Part shown: piece by piece, positions 1 to 9,828 of the stretch
Layout: each line of letters begins with the position of its first letter
Numbering within the stretch: position 1 is the stretch's first letter
Origin: an uncultured Acidobacteriota bacterium
Lineage (GTDB): Bacteria > Acidobacteriota > Thermoanaerobaculia > Multivoradales > UBA5704
Assembly (NCBI GenBank): GCA_963757335.1
Contig: CAVWRJ010000001.1
Location: 6,917-70,916 of the forward strand
DNA: 64,000 nucleotides
Reading direction: 5' to 3'
Notes under the pieces: model-generated
Told to the model about the DNA's origin: nothing
Database searches by the model: none
Seen by the model: the letters and a program-made list of their open reading frames with translations, nothing else
Translations under genes and position numbers: made by a program

Positions 1-340
1 ACCAAATTGCTGTTTTTCGTGATCAGCGCCGCAATGGCCGGAATCGCGGGAAGCCTCTACGTCCATGTCAATCAATACGCTTCACCTGATACGTTCGGCA
101 TTTCCGGATCGATCCTGCTGATCGTGATGGTCGCGCTCGGCGGCGCCGGCACCTATTGGGGGCCGCTCTCGGGCGCGATCATCTACACCATCGTGCCGCA
201 ATTGCTGCTCGACTATGAGGATGCCGAATTGATGCTGTTCGGCGTCGGCATGCTCGATCGTGCTGATCGCGTTTCCGGGCGGCCTCGCCAACGTGCCCGG
301 TGCCGTCATGCGCCGCCTTCGGCCGGGGAGCCCGTCATGA
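1..340 (+). CDS. livM: Branched-chain amino acid ABC transporter permease (LivM-like), 3' fragment entering from the left edge; frameshifted near 253-256
   Basis: ORF 7..1098 starts FFVISAAMAGIAGSLYVHVNQYASPDTFGISGSILLIVMVALGGAGTYWGPLSGAIIYTIVPQLL, a LivM C-terminal region. After GVGML the frame degenerates. Reading from 257 in the next frame gives IVLIAFPGGLANVPGAVMRRLRPGSPS*, ending at TGA 338-340, which overlaps the livG ATG (ATGA). Confidence 0.7.
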
Positions 341-1114
341 CCGCGAAACTGCTGCAGGTCGACGGGCTGTCCCGCCACTTCGATGGCGTAACGGCCGTCG
401 CCGATTTGAGCTTCAGTGTCAGCGCCGGCGAGATCAAGGCGGTGATCGGGCCGAACGGCGCCGGCAAGAGCACGCTGTTCAACATGATCGCCGGCGTCAC
501 CGCGCCCAGCTCCGGCCAGATCTGGTTCGACGGCGAGCGCATCGACCGTGAGCCGACGTTCCAGAGGGCGCGGCGCGGCATCGCCCGTACTTTTCAGAAT
601 CTGCAGATCTTCCGCGAGATGAGCGTGCTGGAGAACGTCATGGTCGGCCCGTCATATGCGCAGCTTCGCGGGCGTGGCGCGCGCGATCCTGCAGGGCCCG
701 GGCTTCGCGGGCCGAGGAGCGACGCCATCGCCGCGTCGGCGATGGACCTGCTCGATCGTTTCGGTCTCGCCGACAAGGCCCAGCGCGCAGGCGGGCACGC
801 TGAGTTTCGGCCAGCTGAAGATACTGGAGCTGGCGCGCGCGCTCGCCTGCGAGCCGCGGCTATTGCTGCTCGACGAGCCGGCCGCCGGACTGCCGCATGC
901 CGAAGCCGATCGGATGGGCGAGATCATCACCGGTCTGAACCGCGACGGCATGACGGTGCTGCTGGTCGAGCACAACATGCGGATGGTGATGGCGCTGTCG
1001 CACGACATTCTGGTGCTCAACAACGGCCGGCGCATCGCCGAGGGAACCGCGGATCAGGTCAGCCGCCATCCCGAAGTGCTCGCGGCCTATCTCGGTGAGG
1101 CCGAAGATGCTTGA
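337..1114 (+). CDS. livG: Branched-chain amino acid ABC transporter ATP-binding protein (LivG-like), interrupted by frameshifts (pseudogene or sequence error)
   Basis: MTAKLLQVDGLSRHFDGVTAVADLSFSVSAGEIKAVIGPNGAGKSTLFNMIAG (Walker A) is in the 337 frame. The ABC signature and Walker B, LSFGQLKILELARALACEPRLLLLDEPAAGL, and the C-terminus are only in ORF 656..1114. There are at least two frame changes between about 650 and 790. Confidence 0.75.
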
Positions 1115-1822
1115 GCGTCAGCGAACTATCGGCCGGCTACGGCAACATCCAGGTGCTGCACCGCGTGTCGCTGCATGTGGCGCCCGGGCAATCGGTCTGT
1201 CTGATCGGCGCCAACGGCGCCGGCAAGACCACGCTGATGCGCTGCATCGCGGGCCTGCTGCGGCCCAGCGCCGGACGTATCACCATCGCCGACCGGGATA
1301 GTCGGCAAGGCCTCCGCTTCGGCCGGCTCGGCGCCGGCGTCGCGCTGGTGCCGGAGGGCCGGCGCGTCTTTGCGCCGATGAGCGTGCGCGAGAACCTGGA
1401 GATGGGAGCTTTTCGCCGGCTGTGGCCGCGTCGCGATCGCGCGGTCGCGGCCGACATGGAGATGGTCTTCGAGCTGTTTCCCCGGCTGCGCGGAGCGCCA
1501 GAAGCAGGCTGCGGGATTGCTCTCGGGCGGCGAGCAGCAGATGCTCGCGATCGCGCGCGCGCTGATGTCGCGGCCGCGGCTATTGCTGCTCGATGAGCCG
1601 TCGATGGGACTGGCGCCCCGCGTGGTTCAGGAAATCTTCGCCACCATCCGGCGCCTCAACGCCGAAGGAATGTCCATCCTGCTGGCCGAGCAGAACGCCA
1701 ATCTGGCGCTGCGCAGCGCCGCGCAGGGCTATGTGCTCGCCGAGGGAGAAATCGTTCGCGCCGCCGAGAGCAGCGCGCTGCGACGCGATCCCTCGGTTCG
1801 CACCGCCTATCTCGGTCTCTGA
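1107..1822 (+). CDS. livF: Branched-chain amino acid ABC transporter ATP-binding protein (LivF-like), frameshifted
   Basis: SVSELSAGYGNIQVLHRVSLHVAPGQSVCLIGANGAGKTTLMRCIAGLL is in ORF 1111..1596. LSGGEQQMLAIARALMSRPRLLLLDEPSMGLAP and the C-terminus are in ORF 1517..1822. ATG 1107 overlaps the livG stop but is out of frame with ORF 1111. A second shift lies near cgcGGagcgc at about 1490. Confidence 0.75.
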
Positions 1823-1842
1823 CAATCATCATCCAGGGCAAC

Positions 1843-2681
1843 ATGACGAACACCATTCTAGATGAGACGCTTGAAGCCGAGTTTGCGCTCCGCCGACGGC
1901 ACCCCGAACGCGAAGATATCTATGATGGTCATCGGCGCCGCAGCGCCGCCGTGCGCGCCAGCGGCGCCTGTCTGCTCGACCAGCGCTATGGCCGAGGGGC
2001 CGCGATGCCTGCTCGATGTGTTCCCCGCCAGGGGAAGCGCCCCGGTGCTGTTCTTCGTGCATGGCGGCTATTGGCGCGCGCTCGACAAGTCGGACGTGTC
2101 CTTTATCGCCACGCCGTTCCAGCGCGCCGGGATGACGGTGGTGATGCCGGGTTACGATCTTGTTCCGGCGGTTCGCGTCGGCGACATCGTCGATGAGCTG
2201 AGAGCCGCCCTTGCCTGGGTGATCGACCGCATCTCGCCGCAGCAGGATCGTCGTCGCGGGCCATTCGGCCGGCGGTCAGCTCGCGGCCATGCTGGCGCTG
2301 GACCAGGCCGATCGCGGCAGCGGACCGATCGCCGGCCTGGTCGGCATCAGCGGCGCCTACGATCTGCGGCCGCTGCTGCGGACATCGATCAACGGCGATC
2401 TCACTCTGTCGGTCGAGGAAGCCGAGGCCGTCAGTCCGTTGCTTCGCCTGCGCGCGCTGCCGCCAACCGCCCCCCTGATGCCGTTGCTGGCGATGGTGGG
2501 CGGCGACGAAACCAACGGCTTCAAGACCTGGAGTTCCGATCTGGTCGATGCATGGCAAGCGCATGGCGCGGCCGGCCACGCTGGTGGAAACTCCCGGCCG
2601 CAATCATTTCACCATCCTCGATGCCCTGGCGGAGGACAACGGGATGTCGCGCGCACCATCCGGCAGCTGATCGGGCCATGA
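1843..2681 (+). CDS. Alpha/beta hydrolase (esterase/arylformamidase-like), spread over three reading frames
   Basis: The N-terminus MTNTILDETLEAEF is in the ORF 1843 frame. The oxyanion motif VLFFVHGGYWRALD is in the ORF 1862 frame. The nucleophile elbow IVVAGHSAGGQLAAMLALDQ and the C-terminal half (GISGAYDLRPL...MVGGDETNGF) are in the ORF 2289 frame. The 3' end near 2600-2680 shows a further alternative frame (LVETPGRNHFTILDAL). Confidence 0.6.
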
Positions 2682-2746
2682 ATTCCACAGCAGCCTTGCT
2701 TGCAAGCAACCAGCACGCCCTCGCCGCGGACCGGCGGCGTGACGAT

Positions 2747-3169
2747 CTACTCCGGGATCGCCTGCCCGGAACCGCCAAGCTCGGCCGGAAAATCCTTCAG
2801 CTTCGGCAGACCGTCCCGCATCGGCAGCACGGTTTCGGCATAATTGACGTGAACGCCGGGCGTGAACTCAAGCGTCGGAATGGTCGACACGAAGACGTCG
2901 ACGAGGCCGATCGGCGGATGATTGGTCATCAGGTGGCCGCCGCATTTCGCGCAATATTTGCGCTGGCTCAATTCCGTCTTCTGAAATGTCGCGACATGTT
3001 CGGCTCCGGCCGTGATCCGCACCGCCTCCGGCTTCCAAAGGCTGAAGGCGTTCACGGGTCCTCCGGACCAGGAACGGCAGGAGCTGCAATGACAGTAGCC
3101 CATCGCCTCCGGTGATCCAGTGACCTCCAGTTCAACGGCGCCGCAGAAGCAATTTCCAGGATGAGGCAT
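2747..3169 (-). CDS. GFA family protein (glutathione-dependent formaldehyde-activating / CENP-V-like zinc-binding fold)
   Basis: This is an intact 140-aa ORF. It carries the cysteine pattern CFCGAV...CHCSSCRSWSG...CAKCGGHL, characteristic of GFA-domain proteins. Confidence 0.8.
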   Translation of the reverse strand: MPHPGNCFCGAVELEVTGSPEAMGYCHCSSCRSWSGGPVNAFSLWKPEAVRITAGAEHVATFQKTELSQRKYCAKCGGHLMTNHPPIGLVDVFVSTIPTLEFTPGVHVNYAETVLPMRDGLPKLKDFPAELGGSGQAIPE

Positions 3170-3253
3170 GTTTTCTCCTTTCAGGATTATCGGTATCGGT
3201 TAACGAGGCCAGGTCCGGCGATTGGTTCGATCAATGGCCGTGATCGGGACGGT

Positions 3254-4038
3254 TCATCGCCTGGTCAGATCGCGCCAGGGCAGCAACATCGACACGCGCT
3301 CCCTGTAGCGGCGGTATTCGTCTCCGAACATGTCGACCAGGTCGCGCTCTTCCAGGAAAATGCCGACGAAGATGTAGGCCGTGGTCACCGCGGCGAACAG
3401 CAGATGCCCTACGCTCATCGTGGGCGCCGCCCAAAACGCGATGGCAAAGCCCAGATAGATCGGGTGCCGCACGAATTTGTAATACAGCGGCGTCCGGAAG
3501 CGCGGCGTCGGCGTCTCAAGACCGGAGAGATTGTTGGCGACCTGGTGCAATCCAAACAGCTCGAAATGATTGATCAGGAAAGTGCTGCTCAACACGATCA
3601 GCCAGCCCACGAACGACAAGGCCGTGATCGTCACCGCCATTTCCGGCTCCTCGATATGCCAGAGGATTTCCGGCATCGGACGCCACTGCCAGAACAGCAG
3701 GATCAGCGTCAGGCTCGCGAACAGCACATAGGTGCTGCGCTCCACGGGCTTGGGCACATATTGCGTCCACCATTGCTTGAACTGCTTGCGCGCCATCACG
3801 ACTGTGCTGCACGGCGAACAGGGTCATCAGCAGGAGATTGATGATGAGCGCTTCGGCGATCGACGAGGCCGGGCCGTCGTCGATCGTCTTTGGGCACCAC
3901 CAGGCCCGTCACGAAGCCGACGGCATAGAGAAATGTGACGAAAAACACCAGATAGGCGACAAACCCGTAAAGAAATGCGGTAAATCTGAATATTCGATTT
4001 CCCGATAAGTCGGGGCTAATGGCTTGAGACTCGGTCAT
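3254..4038 (-). CDS. Polytopic membrane methyltransferase family protein (ICMT/PEMT-like; MddA-like is possible), two frameshifts
   Basis: The C-terminal 181 aa (ORF 3254..3799) contain FVRHPIYLGFAIAFWAAP...FLEERDLVDMFGDEYRRYRERV, typical of the ICMT-like family. The N-terminus MTESQAISPDLSGNRIFRFTAFLYGFVAYLVFFVTFLYAVGF starts at ATG 4038 with a GGAGA RBS. The middle segment (TIDDGPASSIAEALIINLLLMTLFAVQHS) is only readable in a third frame. Confidence 0.65.
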
Positions 4039-4131
4039 AATCGTCTCCGGTTTGGGCAATAAAGGGGATCGCGACAACCGTCGCGACACCTGAAGGATGC
4101 CCGGAACGCGGCGGCGAGACTTTGCCCGGCG

Positions 4132-4171
4132 CTTGATTTATCCCTGAGACGAACTTGATTATTTCTTGAGA
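4132..4171 (+). promoter_or_regulatory. Four direct CTTGAnn repeats at exact 11-bp phasing in the divergent promoter region upstream of the wHTH-TPR regulator
   Basis: The repeats are CTTGATT at 4132, CCTGAGA at 4143, CTTGATT at 4154 and CTTGAGA at 4165. The block 4121-4173 is about 75% identical by eye to 8111-8161, upstream of the paralogous regulator. Confidence 0.5.
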
Positions 4172-4190
4172 CCCGCCGGTCGGAGCATTC

Positions 4191-5755
4191 ATGCAGTTCA
4201 CATTTGACGATCACACGCTTGATACCGAGCGCCGCGAGTTGCTCCGCGGCGGAGCCGTGATTGCCGTGCAGCCGCAAGTGTTCGACCTACTGGTCTATTT
4301 GGTGCAGAACCGGGAGCACGTCGTCAGCAAGGATGATCTCATCGCCCTGGTCTGGCAGGGCCGGATCGTGTCGGACTCGACCCTCACCAGCCGGATCAAT
4401 GCCGCGCGTACAGCCATCGGCGACAGCGGCAAGGACCAGAAATTGATCCGGACAATTCCGCGAAAGGGCGTTCGCTTCGTTGGCAGTGTGATCGAGCAAC
4501 TTCGCGACCCTCAACCGGCCGCCGCGCCGGTGCAGGAAAGCGTGGCCGCGCTCGGCTCTGCCATTGCCCGAACGGCCGGCGATCGCCGTGCTCCCCTTCA
4601 CCAACATGAGCGGCGAGCGCGGAACAGGAATATTTTTCCGACGGCATCAGCGAGGACATCATCACCGCTCTGTCCAAGCTGCGCTGGTTCTTCGTGATCG
4701 CGCGCAACTCTTCCTTCATCTACAAGGGCAACGCCGTCCATTTGAAGCAGATCGCCGAGGAACTTGGCGTGCGTTACGTCGTCGAGGGCAGCGTGCGGAA
4801 GGACGGCGACCTCGTGCGCATCACGGCGCAGCTCAACGACGCGACGACGGGAAGCCACATCTGGGCGGAGCACTATGACCGGGATCTCACCGACGTTTTT
4901 GCGGTTCAGGACGAGATCACCGATGCCATCGTCGCCACCATCGAGCCAAAGATCTATGTCGCGGAAAATTTCCGTGCCCGGCGCAAGCCGCCAAATAGCC
5001 TGGATGCGTGGGATCTGGTGATGCGGGCCATGTCGCATTTCTGGCGGGTGACCCGGCAGGACAATATGGTGGCGCAGGCACTGCTCGAGAAGGCGATCGC
5101 CATCGACCGGCACTACGGCCAGGCCAACGGCTTGCTCGCCACCAGTCATATGTTTGGCGTTCACATGGGTTGGGCGGATATCACCATCGCGGCGCCTGTC
5201 GCCGAACGCGCCGCGCTGGCGGCGGTCCTGTCCGACAGCCAGGATCCCTGGGCGCACAACGCGCTGGCCAGCGTCTATTTTTCCACGCGGCGGCTGGACG
5301 CTTCAATGGCCGAGTTTGAACTGGCGCTGCAGCTCAACCCGAATTTCTCGCTGGCGCACGGCTATTACGGATTGGCATTGACCTATTGCGGGCGCTGGCA
5401 GGAAGCCCATCAGGCGGCGCAGCATGCGTTACGGCTGAGCCCGCGCGATCCCTTCTCGGCGATCTATTACGGTGTCGCGGCCTATGCGCAGTTTGTCGGC
5501 AAGAACTATCCGGAAGCTATCGGGCTTTCGCGCGAAGCCATCCGGCAACGCAGCGATTTCTCCGGCGGTTATCGGGTGCTGACGGTTGCCGCCGGCATGG
5601 CGGGACAAGTCGACGTCGCCGCGGCCGCTCTGAAAGAGCTGCGCCGCGCGCAACCGAATATCTCGCTCGGCTGGATCGCCAGCCAATTGCCATGGAAGCT
5701 GGACTCCGACCGCGAGCATTATCTGGAGGCCTTCCGCCGGGCGGGCTTGGACTAG
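4191..5755 (+). CDS. Winged-helix (OmpR/CadC-type) DNA-binding domain plus TPR regulator, two frameshifts
   Basis: MQFTFDDHTLDTERRELLRGGAVIAVQPQVFDLLVYLVQNREHVVSKDDLIALVWQGRIVSDSTLTSRINAARTAIGD is a trans_reg_C-like wHTH in frame 0. PAIAVLPFTNMSGE is in ORF 4564. FVIARNSSFIYKG...VVEGSVRK and the TPR-like C-terminal half are in ORF 4694..5755. Confidence 0.7.
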
Positions 5756-5825
5756 CGGCAGGTCAGCGCGGACGCCCGCCGGGCCGCAGCCCGGCGCGCC
5801 GTCGCGGTCATCGATCGAGACGCTG

Positions 5826-6078
5826 CTACCGCGCCCGTGTTTCCGCAGCTTCGTCCAGACCGTAGTCGATCTCACCGCGGCAGATGCCGATGTCCTTTAG
5901 TTCCCGGTCACTGAACAGGCGCAGCGCGGCGAGCTGCGCCTGACGTTCGTGCCGCGCGATCGCCGCGGCAACCAGGCGATCAACGAGGCGGCCTAGCCAC
6001 ACCAGAAAACTGCCAACACTGCTCCGGTTTCGTGAGGAGGCCAGCGGATAGCTGGGGGATATTGCTGAGCATCGTCAT
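5826..6078 (-). CDS. DUF1127-type small protein (probable frameshift between ATG 6078 and the conserved C-terminal part)
   Basis: My manual translation of 6002..5826 gives VWLGRLVDRLVAAAIARHERQAQLAALRLFSDRELKDIGICRGEIDYGLDEAAETRAR*, with the DUF1127 hallmark LSDRELKDIG. At 58 aa it falls below the ORF-track cutoff. A good AAGGA RBS precedes ATG 6078, but that ATG is in another frame. Confidence 0.5.
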
Positions 6079-6177
6079 GTCGAGGTCCTTCGAGAAATTG
6101 GGCTTGATTGCTTGCCTATCCCTAGCCGTTGCGGCGGACCAAGACTTTCAGGGATTTGCGATTTTTGTCCAAATGCC

Positions 6178-6195
6178 CTTGAGATGCTCTTGAGA
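6178..6195 (+). promoter_or_regulatory. Two further CTTGAGA repeats 11 bp apart (third copy of the operator-like motif)
   Basis: CTTGAGA occurs at 6178 and 6189. They are preceded by TTTGTCC (6164-6170), as at the other two sites. The site lies upstream of the minus-strand DUF1127 gene. Confidence 0.35.
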
Positions 6196-6223
6196 CGAAT
6201 GCGCCTTTGTGGATGCGCGACCG

Positions 6224-7081
6224 TCATCCGCGCAGCATCCGCGAAGCTGGCGTCGCCGTGCCGATGGCCGTGGATGTGGTCTTGTCAGCTGCGGAGACGT
6301 GCTGCGCCAGCGTTCGCGCGACTTCTTCGGCGTGAGTCGAAATCATGAAATGGGCCGCTCCGCCGATGGTAACGGCCGAGGCTCTGGTGCATTGGGCCAG
6401 CAGCTGGTTGGTTCGCTGAACCGCCGGATGGCTGTTCTCGCCCCACAGCACGAGCGTGGGGATGTCGATTTTGGCGAGCGAAGGCCGCGTCAGCCGGAAG
6501 CCATAGCCGCTTGCCCAATCCAGAATGTTGGTCGCCGTGGTCTCAATGGCGTAGTCGCGAACGCGCTGCGGCCAACCGGCAAACGTGCCCGCGCCGCCGT
6601 AGAAATCGATCATCTGCTCGATCGCGTTGCGGTCGCCGGCCTGGAACAGGCTGAAATAGATGTCGGTCATTTCGCGAAAAGACCGATACTGCGAGTACTC
6701 TCCCATCTGCCGCAGTATTTCCGGCGCGGGCGCCTCCAGGATCGCGAGACTCAGCAATGGCACCTTGTTCCGGAGCGCGACCGCAAGCGCGCTGAGGCCG
6801 CCGAACGAGTGGCCGACGAGGTGCACCGGACAAGCCGCGCGCCGAATCACCGACTCAAGAATTTCGGCTTCATGACCGATGTCGCTATCGACGAGCGTGC
6901 GGCGCTCGGCGGTCCCTCCGTAGCCGAGCAGGCTCGTCGTCACGCATCGGAAGCGGTTCTGCCACTGGGAGATGATCGGCCGCCACGCGGCGCCGGTGCT
7001 GCAGGAGCCCGGCACAAGCACGATGGTCGGCCCCTGCCCGCTCTCGTCGTAGTCGATATTGCCGCGCCTGTCTTCGATCAT
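6224..7081 (-). CDS. Alpha/beta hydrolase
   Basis: This is an intact 285-aa ORF. It shows TIVLVPGSCSTGAAW, the nucleophile elbow VHLVGHSFGG, and a C-terminal GGAAHFMISTH carrying the catalytic His region. Confidence 0.8.
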   Translation of the reverse strand: MIEDRRGNIDYDESGQGPTIVLVPGSCSTGAAWRPIISQWQNRFRCVTTSLLGYGGTAERRTLVDSDIGHEAEILESVIRRAACPVHLVGHSFGGLSALAVALRNKVPLLSLAILEAPAPEILRQMGEYSQYRSFREMTDIYFSLFQAGDRNAIEQMIDFYGGAGTFAGWPQRVRDYAIETTATNILDWASGYGFRLTRPSLAKIDIPTLVLWGENSHPAVQRTNQLLAQCTRASAVTIGGAAHFMISTHAEEVARTLAQHVSAADKTTSTAIGTATPASRMLRG

Positions 7082-7188
7082 GATTTCGTCTTTCGCTCGT
7101 TACGGCTGCGCGTCGGTGAGCGACCGATGGCTGAACAGCCATCGGCGATCAGCCGTCCGCATCGTTCTCCGGCGCGAGTACGATGCGT

Positions 7189-8032
7189 TCAGCGCTTGAC
7201 GATGACGACTTCCAGATATTCGCTTGGAACGATCATGGTGCCGTCGGTGGCGGATTCATGCGGCCGATCAGCGCCAGCAGATCGCGGCTGAGCCCCTGGC
7301 CGATTTGTTTCGTCGAGCGCCGCAAAGGCTTTCAGCATCGGGCCGTAATAGTTCCTGAATATCTCCAGGAAATGCTCGGGCGAGCGATAGCGGAACGTGA
7401 AATGGCGGCGCTCGGCCTTGATCGAGGCGGCCGCCGCCCCGAACATCTCGGTGATGCGCGACGGCGTGCCCCAGAGCGCGGGTGATTTCGCGCCCGCCGG
7501 CGGCGGCAGGTACTTGCCCAGCGTCTTGAAAAGCTGGCCGATGAAGCCTTCCGGCGTCCAGTTGGCCAGGCCGATCTTGCCGCCGCTCCTGCAAACCCGC
7601 AGCAGCTCGGCTGGCCGCCTTATCCTGGTCGGGCGTGAACATGACGCCGAAGGTCGAGACCACGACGTCGAAGGCGGCATCGGCAAACGGCAATGCCTCG
7701 GCATCCGCCACCTTGAACTCGACCGGCAGACCTTCGGCCTTGGCACGAAGTTGTCCGCGTTCAAGAAGGCTCGGCACGTAGTCCGTGGACACGACATCGC
7801 ACCAGCGGCGCGCGGCGGCCAGGGTCGCATTTCCGTTTCCGGCCGCGACATCCAGAACCTTCTGTCCCGGCCTGATATCGAGTGCTTCGCAGAGCTCCTC
7901 GCCGACGATCTGCAATGTCGTACCGACGATGGCATAGTCGCCTGACGACCAGGCGGCATGTTGCCTGGTCTTGAGTGCCGCCAGGTCGCGAATGGTGTCT
8001 GGTGTCCGGCGCTGCGGGTTTGGCTGCGGCAT
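7189..8032 (-). CDS. Class I SAM-dependent methyltransferase, frameshifted
   Basis: ORF 7268..8032 has the SAM-binding motif KVLDVAAGNGNATL and DVVVSTFGVMF. The C-terminal half (ELLRVCRSGGKIGLANWTPEGFIGQLFKTLGKY...TMIVPSEYLEVVIVKR) is in the frame of ORF 7189..8073. Confidence 0.7.
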
Positions 8033-8121
8033 GTGTTGTGGTGGTCATGTTCGCTCCTGTTTTGACGCTGCATTGAGCGGCGGATGATGCCGGGGCCGCG
8101 ACCAAATGACTTTGTCCTGCG

Positions 8122-8161
8122 CTTGACTTGGGCTTGAGACAGCCTTGATTATTCCTTCGGG
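8122..8161 (+). promoter_or_regulatory. Four direct CTTGAnn-type repeats at 11-bp phasing upstream of the second wHTH-TPR regulator
   Basis: The repeats are CTTGACT at 8122, CTTGAGA at 8133, CTTGATT at 8144 and CTTCGGG at 8155. The arrangement and flanks (TTTGTCCTGCG) match those at 4121-4173. Confidence 0.5.
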
Positions 8162-8187
8162 CGGGCGGCACGGATTTGAGGCACGAC

Positions 8188-9761
8188 GTGCAATTTGTCT
8201 TTGCTGATCATACGCTCGATACCGACCGGCGCGAGCTGCGTCGCGGATCGCGAGCCCGTCGCCGTCGAACCGCAGGTATTCGACCTGCTGGTCTATCTGG
8301 TGCAGAATCGCGATCGCGTCGTCAGCAAGGATGATCTCATTGCTTCGGTGTGGGAGGGCCGCATCGTATCGGAATCAACGCTGACCAGCCGGATCAACGC
8401 CACGCGAACGGCGATCGGTGACAACGGCAAGGAACAGAAGCTGATCCGCACCGTCGCGCGCAAGGGCCTTCGCTTCGTCGGCTCGTGCACGAGGAGTCCA
8501 ACCGGCGTTGAACCGGCGCCGGCTCCCCGATCCAGCTGACGAATCGCCCCCTGCAGCCAATCCTTTGCCGCTGTCCGACCGGCCGGCCATCGCCGTGCTG
8601 CCCTTCACCAACATGAGCGGCGATCCGGAGCAGGAGTATTTTTCCGACGGCATCAGCGAGGACATCATCACCGCGCTTTCCAAGTTGCGCTGGTTCCTGG
8701 TGATCGCGCGCAACTCTTCCTTTGTCTACAAGGGCAAGGCTGTCCACATGAAGCAGGTCGCCGAGGAGCTCGGCGTCGGCTATGTGGTCGAGGGCAGCGT
8801 GCGCAGGAGCGGCGAGCAGGTGCGCATCACGGCGCAGCTCAACGACGTCACCACCGGCAGCCACATCTGGGCCGAGCACTATGATCGCAACCTCACGGAT
8901 GTGTTCGCCGTGCAGGACGACATCACCGAGTCCATCGTTGCCGCGATCGAGCCGCAGCTCTATGCCGCGGAAAGCTTTCGCGCCCGCCGCAAACCGCCCG
9001 ACAGCATGGATGCCTGGGATCTGGTGATGCGGGCACTGTCGTATTACTGGCGCGTGACACGGCAGGACAATGTCGTTGCGCAGGCGCTGCTTGAGAAAGC
9101 GATCGCGATCGACCCGAATTACGGCCAGGCGCTCGGCGTTCTCGCCACCAGCCAGACCTTTGGCGCCCATATGGGTTGGGCCGACATGGCGACGACGATA
9201 CCGATTGCCGAGCGGGCGGCGCTGGCCGCGATATTGGCTGACAGCGAGGACCCCTGGGCGCATAACGCATTGGGCTGCGTTTATCTGTTCACACGGCGCT
9301 TTGACGATTCGCTGGCCGAATTTGAATTGGCGCTGCAGCTCAATCCAAGTTTTTCCCTGGCGCAGGGTTACTACGGGTTGGCGTTGTCGTATTGCGGGCA
9401 CTGGGAGGAAGCCGACCTCGCCGCGCAGCGCGCGCTGCGGTTGAGCCCGCGCGATCCGTTTTCCGCGATCTATTGCGGCATCGCCGCCTATGCCCAGTTC
9501 GTCGGGCGCAATTACGACGAGGCCATGCGTTTTTCCCGCGAAGCCATCCGGCAACGCAGCGATTTCGTCGGCGCCCACCGGGTGCTGACGGCCGCCGCGG
9601 GCATGGCCGGGCATACGGAAGCAAGCTCGGTTGCCCTGCAGGAGCTTCGCCGGGCCCAGCCAAATATTTCGCTGGCCTGGATCGCGACCGAAATGCCGAT
9701 GGGGCGCGAGGTCGACAAGGAGCACTATCTGGAAGGGCTTCGCCGCGCGGGATTGCGATAA
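8188..9761 (+). CDS. Winged-helix (OmpR/CadC-type) plus TPR regulator, paralogue of 4191..5755, two frameshifts
   Basis: A GTG at 8188 gives VQFVFADHTLDTDRRELRRG. PVAVEPQVFDLLVYLVQNRDRVVSKDDLIASVWEGRIVSESTLTSRINATRTAIGD follows in ORF 8195. PAIAVLPFTNMSGDPEQEYFSDGISEDIITALSKLRWFLVIARNSSFVYKG and the TPR half are in ORF 8508..9761. It is near-colinear with the first paralogue. Confidence 0.7.
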
Positions 9762-9828
9762 CGGCAGCCTTCACTGCACCGGAAGAGTTGGCTCGCCCAA
9801 ATCACGCTGCGTTCGTGGCGGACCGCGG

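Noticed and set aside
4598-9725. Antisense ORFs of 219 aa (4598..5257) and 443 aa (8394..9725) opposite the two wHTH-TPR regulator genes, and the 373-aa ORF 9950..11071 opposite LysR.
   Set aside because: They have no motifs and show mirror-image codon bias. The sense-strand products have clear domain signatures.
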